DNA from: Candidatus Bathyarchaeota archaeon
Lineage (GTDB): Archaea; Thermoproteota; Bathyarchaeia; Bathyarchaeales; Bathycorpusculaceae
DNA: 64,000 nucleotides
NCBI GenBank assembly: GCA_963720565.1
Contig: CAVRFW010000005.1
Coordinates: 320,001 to 384,000 of the forward strand
Direction of reading: 5' to 3'
Shown piece by piece: positions 1 to 9,795 of this stretch. Numbering within the stretch: the first letter of the stretch is position 1; each line of letters begins with the position of its first letter. Both the position numbers and the translations under genes were made by a program. Under the pieces are notes generated by a model. The model was not told the DNA's origin. It ran no database searches and was given only the letters and a program-made list of their open reading frames with translations.

Positions 1-2
1 CG

Positions 3-233
3 AAGAAGACTGGTATAGAAACAGAAAGCATCAAGGTGGAGGGTTGTCGCATAGCAGATTACGCACGTAAGTTTGAGTTGGCAAGACGAGATCTTCCAGT
101 TCAAGCGCAACTCCAAATTTACAAGAGTCCGCTGATGACGAAAGTCTTGTTCTGTCAATTGGGTTTAGTCAAAATCTTCCAGAAAGCTGCTAGTACATAC
201 AGAAAGGCTGCGGCCAAAGAAACAGCTAGTTAA
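3..233 (+). CDS. 3' end of a hypothetical protein (truncated by window start)
   Basis: Open frame from the window edge to TAA at 231-233, converging on the GT4 gene; no recognisable motif. Confidence 0.35.
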   Translation, partial: KKTGIETESIKVEGCRIADYARKFELARRDLPVQAQLQIYKSPLMTKVLFCQLGLVKIFQKAASTYRKAAAKETAS

Positions 234-1419
234 GAGCTTCTTCGTAGACCCTGAGGACTTTCCGTACAATGAGGCGCCAGTCGAACCTTTCCTCGATTAC
301 TTTTCTTGCGCAAAGAGCTATTTCCGATGCCTCACTAGGATGTTCTAGAAAATACAGAATTCTGTCTGACAGTTCCCGCGGGTTCGAAGGCTGCACTAAA
401 AAACCGTTCTTGCCGTCTTCAATCATCTCTGGAATACCTCCAACATTCGTTGTCACAACTGGCAAGCCAGTTGCCAATGCTTCCAACACGGCGAAGGGAA
501 GGTTCTCGTAGAAGGTCGAAAAAGCGAAAACATCCGCTGCCTGATAAAGCATCGGTAACTTCTTGTCTGGATAGTACCCAGTGAATAATATCGTATCTTT
601 CACCCCGAGTTTCTCTGCGTATGCCACTAATTTCTTCATTTCATTGCTCTGCCCCTTGCCACTGATTATAAACTTGGCGCGGGGGAATCTGCGAGTGACA
701 GCTGGCATGCTCTCTATTAGCGTAAACAACCCTTTCCGAGCGTAAAGCCTGCCGACCGAGAGAATGGCAATTTCATCTGTTTTCAAGCCAAGCTCCTCTT
801 TCGCTCTACGTTTGTTACTCGTGGGCTGGAACTTGGTGACGTCGACGCCGTTGTGGATGACGCTAATTTTGTCTTCTTTGACCTTATAGTATTGAAGTAA
901 CTCGCGCTTTGTGAAGTTGCTCACGGCGATTATCTTGTTTGATTTCTTTAGCATGCTTTCTTCGAAGAGGCGGAGGAACCAGTTGAAGCTAACCATAAAC
1001 TTCTCGTTAGGGTTAAGCCTGCTATAGGGTTCGCCCTTAATCGCTTCAGCTTCGCCCTTCCAAGTCGAGTGAACCGTAGATATTAGCGTCTTGCCAAAGC
1101 CCGTTGGAACCGCGAAATTTGGAACCAGAGGAAGATTAGCATGTGTGATGTCCACAGGAACGCGATTACGGAGACTGTTCAGTTTTCTAAATGACGACCC
1201 AGCAAAAACGAACGATTTTATGATAGGTGTTTTGGATGACTTAAGGAATAAAACAGAAAGCTTCTCGCTGACTCTGACATCCCCGGCTTGGCTGTAACCC
1301 GTAACTACACAAACTGAGTATCCGTGTTTCATGAGTTCTTTGGACAGGTAGTAAACGTAGGCTCCAGTGCCGCCCGACAACGGCAGATATTCTGGAGAGA
1401 TGAAACACACTTTTTTCAT
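226..1419 (-). CDS. Glycosyltransferase family 4 (GT-B)
   Basis: GGTGAYV N-terminus, VIHNGVD, VGRLYARKG, YENLPFAVLEALATGLPVV (E-x7-E) motifs. Confidence 0.93.
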   Translation of the reverse strand: MKKVCFISPEYLPLSGGTGAYVYYLSKELMKHGYSVCVVTGYSQAGDVRVSEKLSVLFLKSSKTPIIKSFVFAGSSFRKLNSLRNRVPVDITHANLPLVPNFAVPTGFGKTLISTVHSTWKGEAEAIKGEPYSRLNPNEKFMVSFNWFLRLFEESMLKKSNKIIAVSNFTKRELLQYYKVKEDKISVIHNGVDVTKFQPTSNKRRAKEELGLKTDEIAILSVGRLYARKGLFTLIESMPAVTRRFPRAKFIISGKGQSNEMKKLVAYAEKLGVKDTILFTGYYPDKKLPMLYQAADVFAFSTFYENLPFAVLEALATGLPVVTTNVGGIPEMIEDGKNGFLVQPSNPRELSDRILYFLEHPSEASEIALCARKVIEERFDWRLIVRKVLRVYEEALN

Positions 1420-1423
1420 TTAG

Positions 1424-2423
1424 CTACCGCCTGTCTCCTGTTATGTACTTGACTGAAGTAATAACTGCCCCTGCGAACCACGCACAAGATCTGACGAAGT
1501 ACAGTACCACTAGGCGCATAGCTGATTTATCTCTAAACTTGATTGACACCTTAACGGCTGAAAACAAATAGTACGCCAAGATGACCAACAGGAGTCCACC
1601 AGCAAGGTACCAGAAAAACCGGGTGAAGGCTGGAACACCGAGAAAGAAAAGAGCTAGAACTGCAAGAAATAAGATGGGTTGGATGTTCATACCGAAATCG
1701 GTTATTCCATCGCCCTTAGCCAGATTTTTATGTTTGAAGTAGAGCCTGAGAGTATTTTTTCCGTACTGGAGCTGCTGCCGGAAGTATGCACGCAACGTAG
1801 TCCTATTGAAATGGTGACACTTAGCGTTGGAGTCGTAGACTATCTTGTAACCTCTGCTGGTTATTCTGAAGCCAAGGTCTGTATCATACTGGGAAGGCAG
1901 ATTCTCGTCAAACCAACCTACATCTTCTATTATGTGTTTTTTTAGCAGAAGGTTCATGGTGGCAACACGAACAACATACTTTCTCAAGCGGGCATACCTG
2001 TTTCTCAAGTCGTACCCGATGCTTCGCGCCCAAGCATTCTCCGCATTCCATGTTTCTATGCCTCCGCTTACGCCAGCCACTTGTGGGTCATCCAAGTGTG
2101 GAACGAGTTTGGTGAGCCATTCTTTCTCGACTTTTGCGTCAGCGTCGATGAACCCGAGAATTTCGCTATTCGTATGTTTTATGGCATAGTTGTATGCGGC
2201 AGGAGCATTGAGAGGAGTTGAGACAACCCTAGTGGAGTATTCTTTTGCTATCTTAACCGTTGCATCCGTAGAGCCACCGTCGACAATAATTACCTCCAGC
2301 AAATCCTTAGGGTATTCTAGCTCAGAGACTGATTTGAGGCATTCTTCTATTGTCCGCTGGTTGTTGAGTGTTGTTATGATTATCGAGACCTTGGGGTTGG
2401 AAGCATTTTTGGTTATTCTTCAT
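1424..2423 (-). CDS. Glycosyltransferase family 2 with C-terminal TM helices (one apparent extra A near 2406-2410)
   Basis: GGAGG then ATG at 2423; removing one A of a 5-A run joins MKNNQ to NASNPKVSIIITTLNN...VIIVDGGSTD...FIDAD...QQLQYG. Confidence 0.88.
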
Positions 2424-3106
2424 CAACCTCCAGTGTAAGCCAGCACTATGGACAACAAAATCTTGAAACCATCAACCAGCGGATCCAAGCCGGATCTTCC
2501 GTATGTCCGTTGCTCGAAGCTTATGGGCACCTCGCTTACTCGAAAATCCCGCCGGGCTATCTTCACCAGCATCTCCGATTCTATCTCGTAACCGCTGGAC
2601 TTCAAATGCATATGCCTCAAGACTCTAGATTTCATCGCGCGATAGCCAGATTGGGAATCGGTAACTGTCTTTTTAGTGAAAAGCCTGATTAGAAAATCGA
2701 ACAGGCTGACGCCGAAGGCGTTGAGTTTTCTGGTTGAAATGGACTTTTGGTTCAAGTATCTTGATCCGATGATGAGGTCAGCCTTTTCGTGTAGTATGGG
2801 AGATAGTAAAAGTGGCAACTCCTCTGGGCGATGTGACCCATCTGAGTCTATTGTTACTATTATTTCACCCTTTGCCTTAGCAAATCCCACTCTCAAGGCA
2901 TACCCCTTGCCCATGTGCTTTCTTAACGAGTACACTTTAACGCCAGTCTTCTTTGAGTTTTCCAGCGATCGGTCTTCTGAACAGTCATCTACAACTATTA
3001 TTTCGATCCCAGAGTCAATTTTTTCTAAAGTCATTTTTACTCTTTCGATTATATTGCCTACTGTCAGTTCCTCGTTGAACACAGGAATTATGACGGAGAT
3101 TAGCAT
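2423..3106 (-). CDS. Glycosyltransferase family 2, dolichol-phosphate-mannose synthase-like
   Basis: ISVIIPVFNEE, VVDDCSED, GKGYAL, IDSDGSH, DSQSGYRA, YEIESE motifs. Confidence 0.9.
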   Translation of the reverse strand: MLISVIIPVFNEELTVGNIIERVKMTLEKIDSGIEIIVVDDCSEDRSLENSKKTGVKVYSLRKHMGKGYALRVGFAKAKGEIIVTIDSDGSHRPEELPLLLSPILHEKADLIIGSRYLNQKSISTRKLNAFGVSLFDFLIRLFTKKTVTDSQSGYRAMKSRVLRHMHLKSSGYEIESEMLVKIARRDFRVSEVPISFEQRTYGRSGLDPLVDGFKILLSIVLAYTGG

Positions 3107-3203
3107 CTCTCAGGGACCCATTGCAGTATGATGCTGAATGAAAGAATTTATAAAGTTTGGCTGTGAGTTCTAACTGCTATTTATTGAACCAATACTATAT
3201 AGA

Positions 3204-3776
3204 ATGGAAGAAAGCATGTCTGACAGAATCGAAACAGACCGGACCATGTGGTTTTCGATGTGGTTTTTGGCTTCAATCGCTACTTTTGGTGTTGCGTTCT
3301 TCCCCATGTTCTATCGTCTAATCGAGAATAGAAACAGTCATTTTCGTAGGGAAGCTGACTTGGAAAAGCGGATTGCAGTTTTCGTTAAGAACCAAGGAAG
3401 AGAAGCTCCCGTGACAGTTGATAGGGTTCATGAGATGAATGCAAGGGCATGGGCTGCTGCTATTGTTTTTGTGATTCCTGTTTTTGTTATGGCATATTTC
3501 CTCTCTAAGGATTTGATTGTTCACGAAAAACATCAAGATACGTTCCTGTCAAGTGCGTTCCAAGGGCGCATGTTTATGCCTCAGACCGTGCCGATAAGAA
3601 AATATGTATTGTTAACTATAGTTACTATGGGTTGGGGAATAATCTATTGGCTCTACAAAATTATTAATTTGTATAACGCACACTTTAAGGCGCAGTGGGC
3701 CATAGAAAAAGAGATAGATACAATAATGGAGGATGACAAAAATTGGCAAGCACATGTAGGAAACGCAGGTTTGTGA
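3204..3776 (+). CDS. Membrane protein, DUF4234-like, with internally repeated TM + Y-x-H segments
   Basis: Three hydrophobic segments each followed by a Y..(N)..H motif, e.g. LTIVTMGWGIIYWLYKIINLYNAH. Confidence 0.65.
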   Translation: MEESMSDRIETDRTMWFSMWFLASIATFGVAFFPMFYRLIENRNSHFRREADLEKRIAVFVKNQGREAPVTVDRVHEMNARAWAAAIVFVIPVFVMAYFLSKDLIVHEKHQDTFLSSAFQGRMFMPQTVPIRKYVLLTIVTMGWGIIYWLYKIINLYNAHFKAQWAIEKEIDTIMEDDKNWQAHVGNAGL

Positions 3777-4861
3777 GCCATGGCGGAGACGTCTGGGGCT
3801 TTAGCAGAAAATATAATATTCCGATAGAGACAGTGCTTGACTTTAGTGGACCAATTAACTTCCTAGGACCTTCGCCAAAAGCGTTGGAAGCAGTGGTAAA
3901 AAACGCTAGGTTTGTCAGGTTTTATCCTGATCCAAACCCTGTTGAGTTAAGGATGGAAATCGCCAAGTACGTTGGGCATGGTGTTGACGCGGCTAACATC
4001 ATCTTAGGAAATGGTTCGATAGAACTTATCTATATGATCGCGGAAATTTTCCCTCACAACTTCAAAGCTGTTATTCCTGTGCCGTCTTTCACCGAATACG
4101 AGAAAGCGGCATTAAGAGTTGGGGGTGAGCCGATTTTTGTGCAGTTGCCGGACAACTTTGCGTTGGAACCTGAAAAAATTATGAACGCGATAACGGATGA
4201 CACCCGGATATTGTGCATCTGCAACCCGCACAGCCCCTCGGGGACACTCTATAGCAAAGAAACGGTTTTGAAGCTTGTTGAGTTTTGCCATGAGAAGGAT
4301 ATAATCGTTAGTGTGGATGAGAACTACATTGAATTCACAGAAAAAGCTCAAGACTATACCCTGGCGGGCCAAATGCGAGATTATGATAATCTTTTTGTGA
4401 TACGATCAGTCACGAAATTCTATGGCATGCCAGGCATACGCTTCGGATACGGCATAGCTACTGAAGGGCTTATCGATACTCTTCAAACAGTCAGACAGCC
4501 ATGGAGCATCAATAGTCTGGCAGGTTTTGCAACGTCGGCAGCGTTCAAAGACAAAGAATTTATCGAAAATACCCGGCTTACTATTGCCAAGCAAAGAACA
4601 CAATTTGCCCAAATGCTCAGTCAAATTGGTGATTTGCACGTGTTTCCATCTGAGACTAATTTTCTGCTAGTAAAAATTCTTAACAGGAAAACAACATCAA
4701 CCGCATTGCGGGAAAAAATGGCTGAAAGGGGCATTCTGATCAGAGACTGCAGTACATTTGTAGGGCTAGATGACAGCTACTTCCGAGTTACCGTTAGGTC
4801 GGCTGAAGACAACAGAAAGCTTGTGAGAACCATGGAAAACATAATCAAAAAAGGAAAATAG
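3743..4861 (+). CDS. PLP-dependent class I/II aminotransferase, threonine-phosphate decarboxylase (CobD)/HisC-like
   Basis: HGGDV..LDFSGPINFLGP, GNGSIELI, CNPHSPSG, VDENYIEF, RSVTKFYGMPGIRFGY, GILIRDCSTF. Confidence 0.8.
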   Translation: MASTCRKRRFVSHGGDVWGFSRKYNIPIETVLDFSGPINFLGPSPKALEAVVKNARFVRFYPDPNPVELRMEIAKYVGHGVDAANIILGNGSIELIYMIAEIFPHNFKAVIPVPSFTEYEKAALRVGGEPIFVQLPDNFALEPEKIMNAITDDTRILCICNPHSPSGTLYSKETVLKLVEFCHEKDIIVSVDENYIEFTEKAQDYTLAGQMRDYDNLFVIRSVTKFYGMPGIRFGYGIATEGLIDTLQTVRQPWSINSLAGFATSAAFKDKEFIENTRLTIAKQRTQFAQMLSQIGDLHVFPSETNFLLVKILNRKTTSTALREKMAERGILIRDCSTFVGLDDSYFRVTVRSAEDNRKLVRTMENIIKKGK

Positions 4862-5002
4862 AACGTGGCAAGTCGGAAAGCTCCGAAATATCAAATTAAC
4901 CTTTCGTTCAGTTTTTGCCATTTGTTTCATGTGTGGGTTAATGCAAAAACTTGTTGGTAGCAAAGGAAATAATCTACCATGCAGCTTGGAAATTGGCTAA
5001 TG

Positions 5003-6400
5003 TTACTTTGAAAAATAGGTTGGGGCTTTTTTCAAGACTTTTAAGAAACCCTCACGCTTCATCTTTCTGAAAATTCTCCGGGGCGACTTGTTGAAGTTTC
5101 CGTGAAATCGCCTCTGAATTTCAAGCAGCGATTCATAATTGAACTCTTTTGTTTTTACGTAGGCTACGAAATCTTCAACACGGTCGTAGAGATGGTTCTG
5201 AATCACTTCTTCGTACAAGCTACTTCCTGGGACAGCTACAAAAACGTTGAATCTACACCAGTCAGGATCCAACTTTCTGGCAAACTTGAAGGTGGCGTTC
5301 ATGTCATCGACTGTTTCGCCGGGTATCCCGAGTATGAAGGAGCACGCGGTCTGAATCCCTTCTGCCCTGCAAATCTTGAATGCCTTTTCTGTTTGTTCAA
5401 GTGTAATGCCCTTGTTGATTTTTTCCAAAATTCGGGGCGACCCTGATTCTCCGCCAAACCATATTGTTTTGCAACCAGCTGCTTTCATTTCTCTTAGCAT
5501 TTCTCTTGAGATCATGTCCACGCGGGTGTCACAAACCCATTCAATTTCGAGTTGGCTTTTCTTCATTAAGGTGCATAGCTCAATTGTCTCTTTTTTTCGA
5601 ATGGTGAAATTGTCATTAATGAAGTAGATTCCTTTCGTGCCATAGTTTGCGATTAAATGCTTAATCTCCTCTACCACTCTTCGGGGGCTAAAAGAACGGC
5701 ACGTTTTTCCCCACAGTTGACGCGTCTCACAAAAAGCACAATTGAAAGGGCACCCTCGCATTATGTTCATGTTATCCACAGGTTTAACGTCTAGATACTC
5801 AATTGCTCTGTCGTAAAGGTGCATTGGCAACAAGTGTCGAGCTGGAAAAGGGAGTTCGTCCAAGTTGCTGATGAATGTGGCGGGCGTTTTCACTATTTTC
5901 CCTTTCCGTCTAGAGGCAACACCCGGTATTGCTGCAATAACTCCTTCTTCCGCGCCTTTGGAGAGGCATGTTGTAAGCTCAACCATCGCGCGTTCTCCTT
6001 CCCCCATTACCGCGAAGTCGATCTCAGGATGTTGTAACATGCTGTCCGGTTCGTATGAGGGATGCCATCCTCCGACCACTATCTTGCAAGAAGGAAGAAC
6101 TTGCTTTATTGCTTTAGCCGTTTCAACACATCGGCCATAGGTTGCTGAACCACATGTTATTCCCACAATCTCAGGGTTCAGTTTCGCTACTTTTAGTTTG
6201 ACTTCGTCAATTGGCCTTTCAAGCAGGTAGTTGTCAAAAACTTCCACTTGAAATCCTGCTTCTTCAAGAGCAGCGGCAACATAAGCAAGACCTAAGGGCA
6301 GAAATCCCCTTCCGTGAATCCATGGACCTGATGCAGGAGGCGCCGTGGTCATTAGTAAGATCACTTGTTGGTACATCCCTTGTTTTTGAAAGCTGTGCAA
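5003..6400 (-). CDS. B12-binding-domain radical SAM protein (start may be ATG at 6376)
   Basis: PLGLAYVAA and VVGGWHPS B12-binding region; RGCPFNCAFC CxxxCxxC; DNFT, GESGS. Confidence 0.9.
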   Translation of the reverse strand: MHSFQKQGMYQQVILLMTTAPPASGPWIHGRGFLPLGLAYVAAALEEAGFQVEVFDNYLLERPIDEVKLKVAKLNPEIVGITCGSATYGRCVETAKAIKQVLPSCKIVVGGWHPSYEPDSMLQHPEIDFAVMGEGERAMVELTTCLSKGAEEGVIAAIPGVASRRKGKIVKTPATFISNLDELPFPARHLLPMHLYDRAIEYLDVKPVDNMNIMRGCPFNCAFCETRQLWGKTCRSFSPRRVVEEIKHLIANYGTKGIYFINDNFTIRKKETIELCTLMKKSQLEIEWVCDTRVDMISREMLREMKAAGCKTIWFGGESGSPRILEKINKGITLEQTEKAFKICRAEGIQTACSFILGIPGETVDDMNATFKFARKLDPDWCRFNVFVAVPGSSLYEEVIQNHLYDRVEDFVAYVKTKEFNYESLLEIQRRFHGNFNKSPRRIFRKMKREGFLKVLKKAPTYFSK

Positions 6401-6686
6401 TACACGCTGAATCTTTTAGATAAAAAGTTACTAAAATAATAACCTTTACTCAATAGCGTTTTCAGACGAGAATTCACTTCCAAACATAACTTATGAAGCT
6501 GTTTTTCCTTAACGCCAGAAATTCTGGAGGGTGTCTCAATACGGGTGCAGTTGGTACGCCTATAGAGCTATGTTAGAGCGACAGGATAATGGCAAATGAG
6601 GTCAATTCCAGTTTTTCTTCGGTCTTATCTCTGGATGCGGAAACAGTGGCGATATTCCGTTACTGTTATTTGGCAATTGTAGATTA

Positions 6687-6701
6687 TTACGAAAATCGTA
6701 A
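6687..6701. promoter_or_regulatory. Perfect 15-bp palindrome TTACGA-AAA-TCGTAA, putative Lrp/LysM-family operator of the dap operon
   Basis: 6-3-6 inverted repeat ending ~24 bp upstream of the TATA box. Confidence 0.65.
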
Positions 6702-6716
6702 AATGATTAATGAAAA

Positions 6717-6732
6717 CGGAAAGATTTAAATA
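6717..6732 (+). promoter_or_regulatory. BRE/TATA promoter of the dap operon
   Basis: Purine-rich CGGAAAGA followed by TTTAAATA (6725-6732), 42 bp before the dapA ATG. Confidence 0.6.
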
Positions 6733-6774
6733 AATAGTTGCTAGAAGTAAGCCTCCGAATGAGGAAAGAATGTC

Positions 6775-7812
6775 ATGACAGTGTTTAGCGGTTGCTACAC
6801 AGCACTAATTACTCCTATGACAAATATCGGTGAAGTGAATTACGAAGGTTTACGCACTCTAATAGACTACCAAGTCAAAGAAGGCGTAAACGGGATTCTG
6901 GCTGTTGGCACTACCGGAGAAAGCCCCACGCTAGACTGGAACGAACACCACAAAGTCACCGAAAGAACATACGAATATGCAGATGGACGTTGCCAAACCA
7001 TAGCGGGAACGGGAAGCAACTCGACACAAGAAGCCATAGAAGGAACAGCACACGCGCAACACGTTGGCATAGACTGCGTCTTGCTCGTTGACCCGTACTA
7101 CAATGGACCTAGCAGCTTGGAAATACGCAAGGAATATTTCGAACCAATAGCTCGAAAATTCCCAAAAGTACAAGTGATCCCTTACGTAATCCCTGGCAGA
7201 ACCGGAACACAGCTCTTGCCACAGGATATTGCCACACTTTATCAACAGTACCCCAACGTTAGCACTGTTAAAGAAGCAACTGGTGACCTCGAAAATATGC
7301 GACTCACTAGAAGACTCTGTGGTGCAGACTTCAACATACTATCAGGTGATGACGACAAAACCTTCACTATGATGATAACGCCTGAAATCAAATCTACTGG
7401 TGTTATCTCGGTCATAAGCAACATTGCACCACGTGCCGTGCAAAATATGACTCAATATTTATTGAAGGGTAAGATAGAGGAAGCAAGAAAAATCCATGAT
7501 GCTCTGCAACCGCTCTTTAGCATAGTCACTGTGAAAACACAAGAACAGACACCTTTTGGTCCAGTAACCTGCAAGGCGCGAAACCCTCTCGCATGCAAGA
7601 CGCTCATGAATATTCTAGGTATGCCTTCAGGTCCATGCAGGCAACCATTAGGGAAGATGACACAAAATGGTCTCGAAATAGTCCTTGCTAACGCTAGGAA
7701 GGTCTACGAGAACAACCCAGAAATCCTTTATCCAATTGAAGACTTCTTCAGCGTAAGCCTCAAAGACCGCTTGTACCAAGAAAAGTTTTGGAAGGGACTT
7801 ACATATGCTTAA
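6775..7812 (+). CDS. dapA: 4-hydroxy-tetrahydrodipicolinate synthase
   Basis: TALITPM, GTTGESPTL, AGTGSNST, PYYN, YVIPGRTG, KEATGD, LSGDD. Confidence 0.95.
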   Translation: MTVFSGCYTALITPMTNIGEVNYEGLRTLIDYQVKEGVNGILAVGTTGESPTLDWNEHHKVTERTYEYADGRCQTIAGTGSNSTQEAIEGTAHAQHVGIDCVLLVDPYYNGPSSLEIRKEYFEPIARKFPKVQVIPYVIPGRTGTQLLPQDIATLYQQYPNVSTVKEATGDLENMRLTRRLCGADFNILSGDDDKTFTMMITPEIKSTGVISVISNIAPRAVQNMTQYLLKGKIEEARKIHDALQPLFSIVTVKTQEQTPFGPVTCKARNPLACKTLMNILGMPSGPCRQPLGKMTQNGLEIVLANARKVYENNPEILYPIEDFFSVSLKDRLYQEKFWKGLTYA

Positions 7813-8602
7813 GTTGTGTGTAGCTGGTGCGGCAGGTAGAATGGGTGAGGCAATCATTCGTGAAGCATCAGCCAAAGGGTACCAGATAGTCGGAGCAATC
7901 GATGCCTCAGACAATCCATCTCTCGGCAGAAGCCTAAAAGAAATGGGAATATGCGACTCTGACACACGAATCATCGGTGTAGAGAAAATCAGCGACGCCG
8001 TTCAGGATGCAGACGTTTACGTGACCTTCACAGCACCATATGCCGAAGTTGCTAATTTGCCTCTTGTTGCCCGCCTCGGCAAACGCATTGTATTAGGTAC
8101 GACGGGCTTTACAGAAGAGCAATCACGTTTAATCAGAAACGAAGTTAAAGATCGGGTTCCAGCTGTGTTCTCACCGAACTACTCAGTTGGAGTAAACATT
8201 TTCTTTAAACTCGCCCGGGCTTTGAAAGCGTTTCCGCAAGACTATACTTTCAGCATTAGCGAAATTCACCACACGGGCAAAAAAGACGCGCCAAGCGGAA
8301 CCGCGAAAAAACTAGGTGAAATAATATCTGATTCACGCGGTTACACGCGAACAATATACGGACGAGAGGGCATAAGTCCGAGGATGCCCGAAGAACTAGA
8401 AATCGCAGCATTACGCGCAGGTGGTGTTCCTGGAATCCACAGTCTTATTGTAGCGGGACAGCACGAGATGCTTCGTATAGAACATACTGCATTTTCCCGC
8501 AGCGTTTTCGCTCAAGGTGCAATCTACGCGGCAGAATGGCTAAGTCGCCAAACACAGCCAGGAATTTACAGTATGGAAGATGTCCTGGGTCTTTCGCAGT
8601 AA
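7805..8602 (+). CDS. dapB: 4-hydroxy-tetrahydrodipicolinate reductase
   Basis: GAAGRMG, GTTG, SPNYSVGVN, EIHHTGKKDAPSGTA, HTAFSRSVFAQGA. Confidence 0.95.
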   Translation: MLKLCVAGAAGRMGEAIIREASAKGYQIVGAIDASDNPSLGRSLKEMGICDSDTRIIGVEKISDAVQDADVYVTFTAPYAEVANLPLVARLGKRIVLGTTGFTEEQSRLIRNEVKDRVPAVFSPNYSVGVNIFFKLARALKAFPQDYTFSISEIHHTGKKDAPSGTAKKLGEIISDSRGYTRTIYGREGISPRMPEELEIAALRAGGVPGIHSLIVAGQHEMLRIEHTAFSRSVFAQGAIYAAEWLSRQTQPGIYSMEDVLGLSQ

Positions 8603-8613
8603 GGTGGAAGCAA

Positions 8614-9795
8614 TTGGGCAACAGGGCAGTGATAAAGTTCGGAGGAGCTGACCTCTCCACGGGAGAAAAAATCTCCAAAGCAGCAAAAATGGTCACTGAA
8701 GCACATTATGAAGAAATCATTGTTGTAGTCTCAGCCATTGGAAAAACAACCGACGACTTGCTCACTACTATGTCTCAAATAGACAATCTAAGCGATTCCG
8801 ACTATGCAGAAATAATTTCTATGGGAGAAAGATCAAGCGCACGCTTTTTCTGCTCTGCTCTTCGAGCTATAGGTGCGAAAGCGGAGCTTTTTGATCCATC
8901 CAATTCCAACTGGCCTTTGATAACTGACTCCAACTATCGTAATGCAAAACCAGACATTGAGAAAACCACCGCAGCGACGAAGGCTTTTCTAGTGCCTATT
9001 CTGGGAACAGCAATAGCAGTCGTATGTGGCTTCATTGGAAAAAACGAGAACGGCCGAATAACTTGCTTAGGAAGAGGAGGAAGCGACACAACCGCCTTAG
9101 TGCTGGCAAAATGTTCAGACGCGGACGAAGTGATTTTAGTGAAAGAAACAAGTGGTGTTCTCTCAGCCGACCCAAAAATCGTATCTAACGCCAGGTCTCT
9201 GTCCAAGATAGATATTCACGAAATGTTTGACCTTGCCCAAGGCGGTGCGAAAATCGTAAAGCCCGAAGCTCTGAGATACAAGCTCCCCAGTCAAACGCTT
9301 AGAGTAGTTGACTTCTCCTCGGGCAATCTTGCGGCAGGGGGTACCGAAGTAACAGGCTCTTTTGACCTTAACTCAGCCGAAATCAATAGTCTTCAAGGAC
9401 TATTGGCAATTAACGTGGTCTGTGAAGTTAAAGCAGAGAACCTCACAAAAGTTTTTTCTGCACTAAGCCCAAAACCTATCTACGGCGTTAGTTCAGGCAG
9501 AAAATCCATAACGGTTCTTACCTCGGATGGCAACGTCACTGAGGTCATACGTAAACTACATGACATAAAAGACTTCAAGGCGGTTAGCCACAGGGAAAAC
9601 GTGGCTATGCTGCAGATTAGTCATCCAGAGTTTGTTGATTCGCCCGGAGGAGTTGCAGCAATAAGCAATGCTCTTAGCAGAGAGGGTATCAACATAATCG
9701 AGGTAACTACCAGCAAGGCTACCATCAACGTTTTTATCGAGGAAAGTCAACTCAACAGAGCAAAGGAAGCGACAAGTTATGTCTTCGCATCGTAA
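8614..9795 (+). CDS. lysC: Aspartate kinase with ACT domain
   Basis: VIKFGG, VVVSAIGKTTD, LGRGGSDTTA, GVLSADPK, C-terminal DSPGG ACT domain; TTG start at 8614. Confidence 0.9.
   Translation: MGNRAVIKFGGADLSTGEKISKAAKMVTEAHYEEIIVVVSAIGKTTDDLLTTMSQIDNLSDSDYAEIISMGERSSARFFCSALRAIGAKAELFDPSNSNWPLITDSNYRNAKPDIEKTTAATKAFLVPILGTAIAVVCGFIGKNENGRITCLGRGGSDTTALVLAKCSDADEVILVKETSGVLSADPKIVSNARSLSKIDIHEMFDLAQGGAKIVKPEALRYKLPSQTLRVVDFSSGNLAAGGTEVTGSFDLNSAEINSLQGLLAINVVCEVKAENLTKVFSALSPKPIYGVSSGRKSITVLTSDGNVTEVIRKLHDIKDFKAVSHRENVAMLQISHPEFVDSPGGVAAISNALSREGINIIEVTTSKATINVFIEESQLNRAKEATSYVFAS

Noticed and set aside
6400..6775. Lysine riboswitch upstream of dapA
   Set aside because: No L-box consensus recognised, and the TATA box at 6725 leaves only a ~20-nt leader
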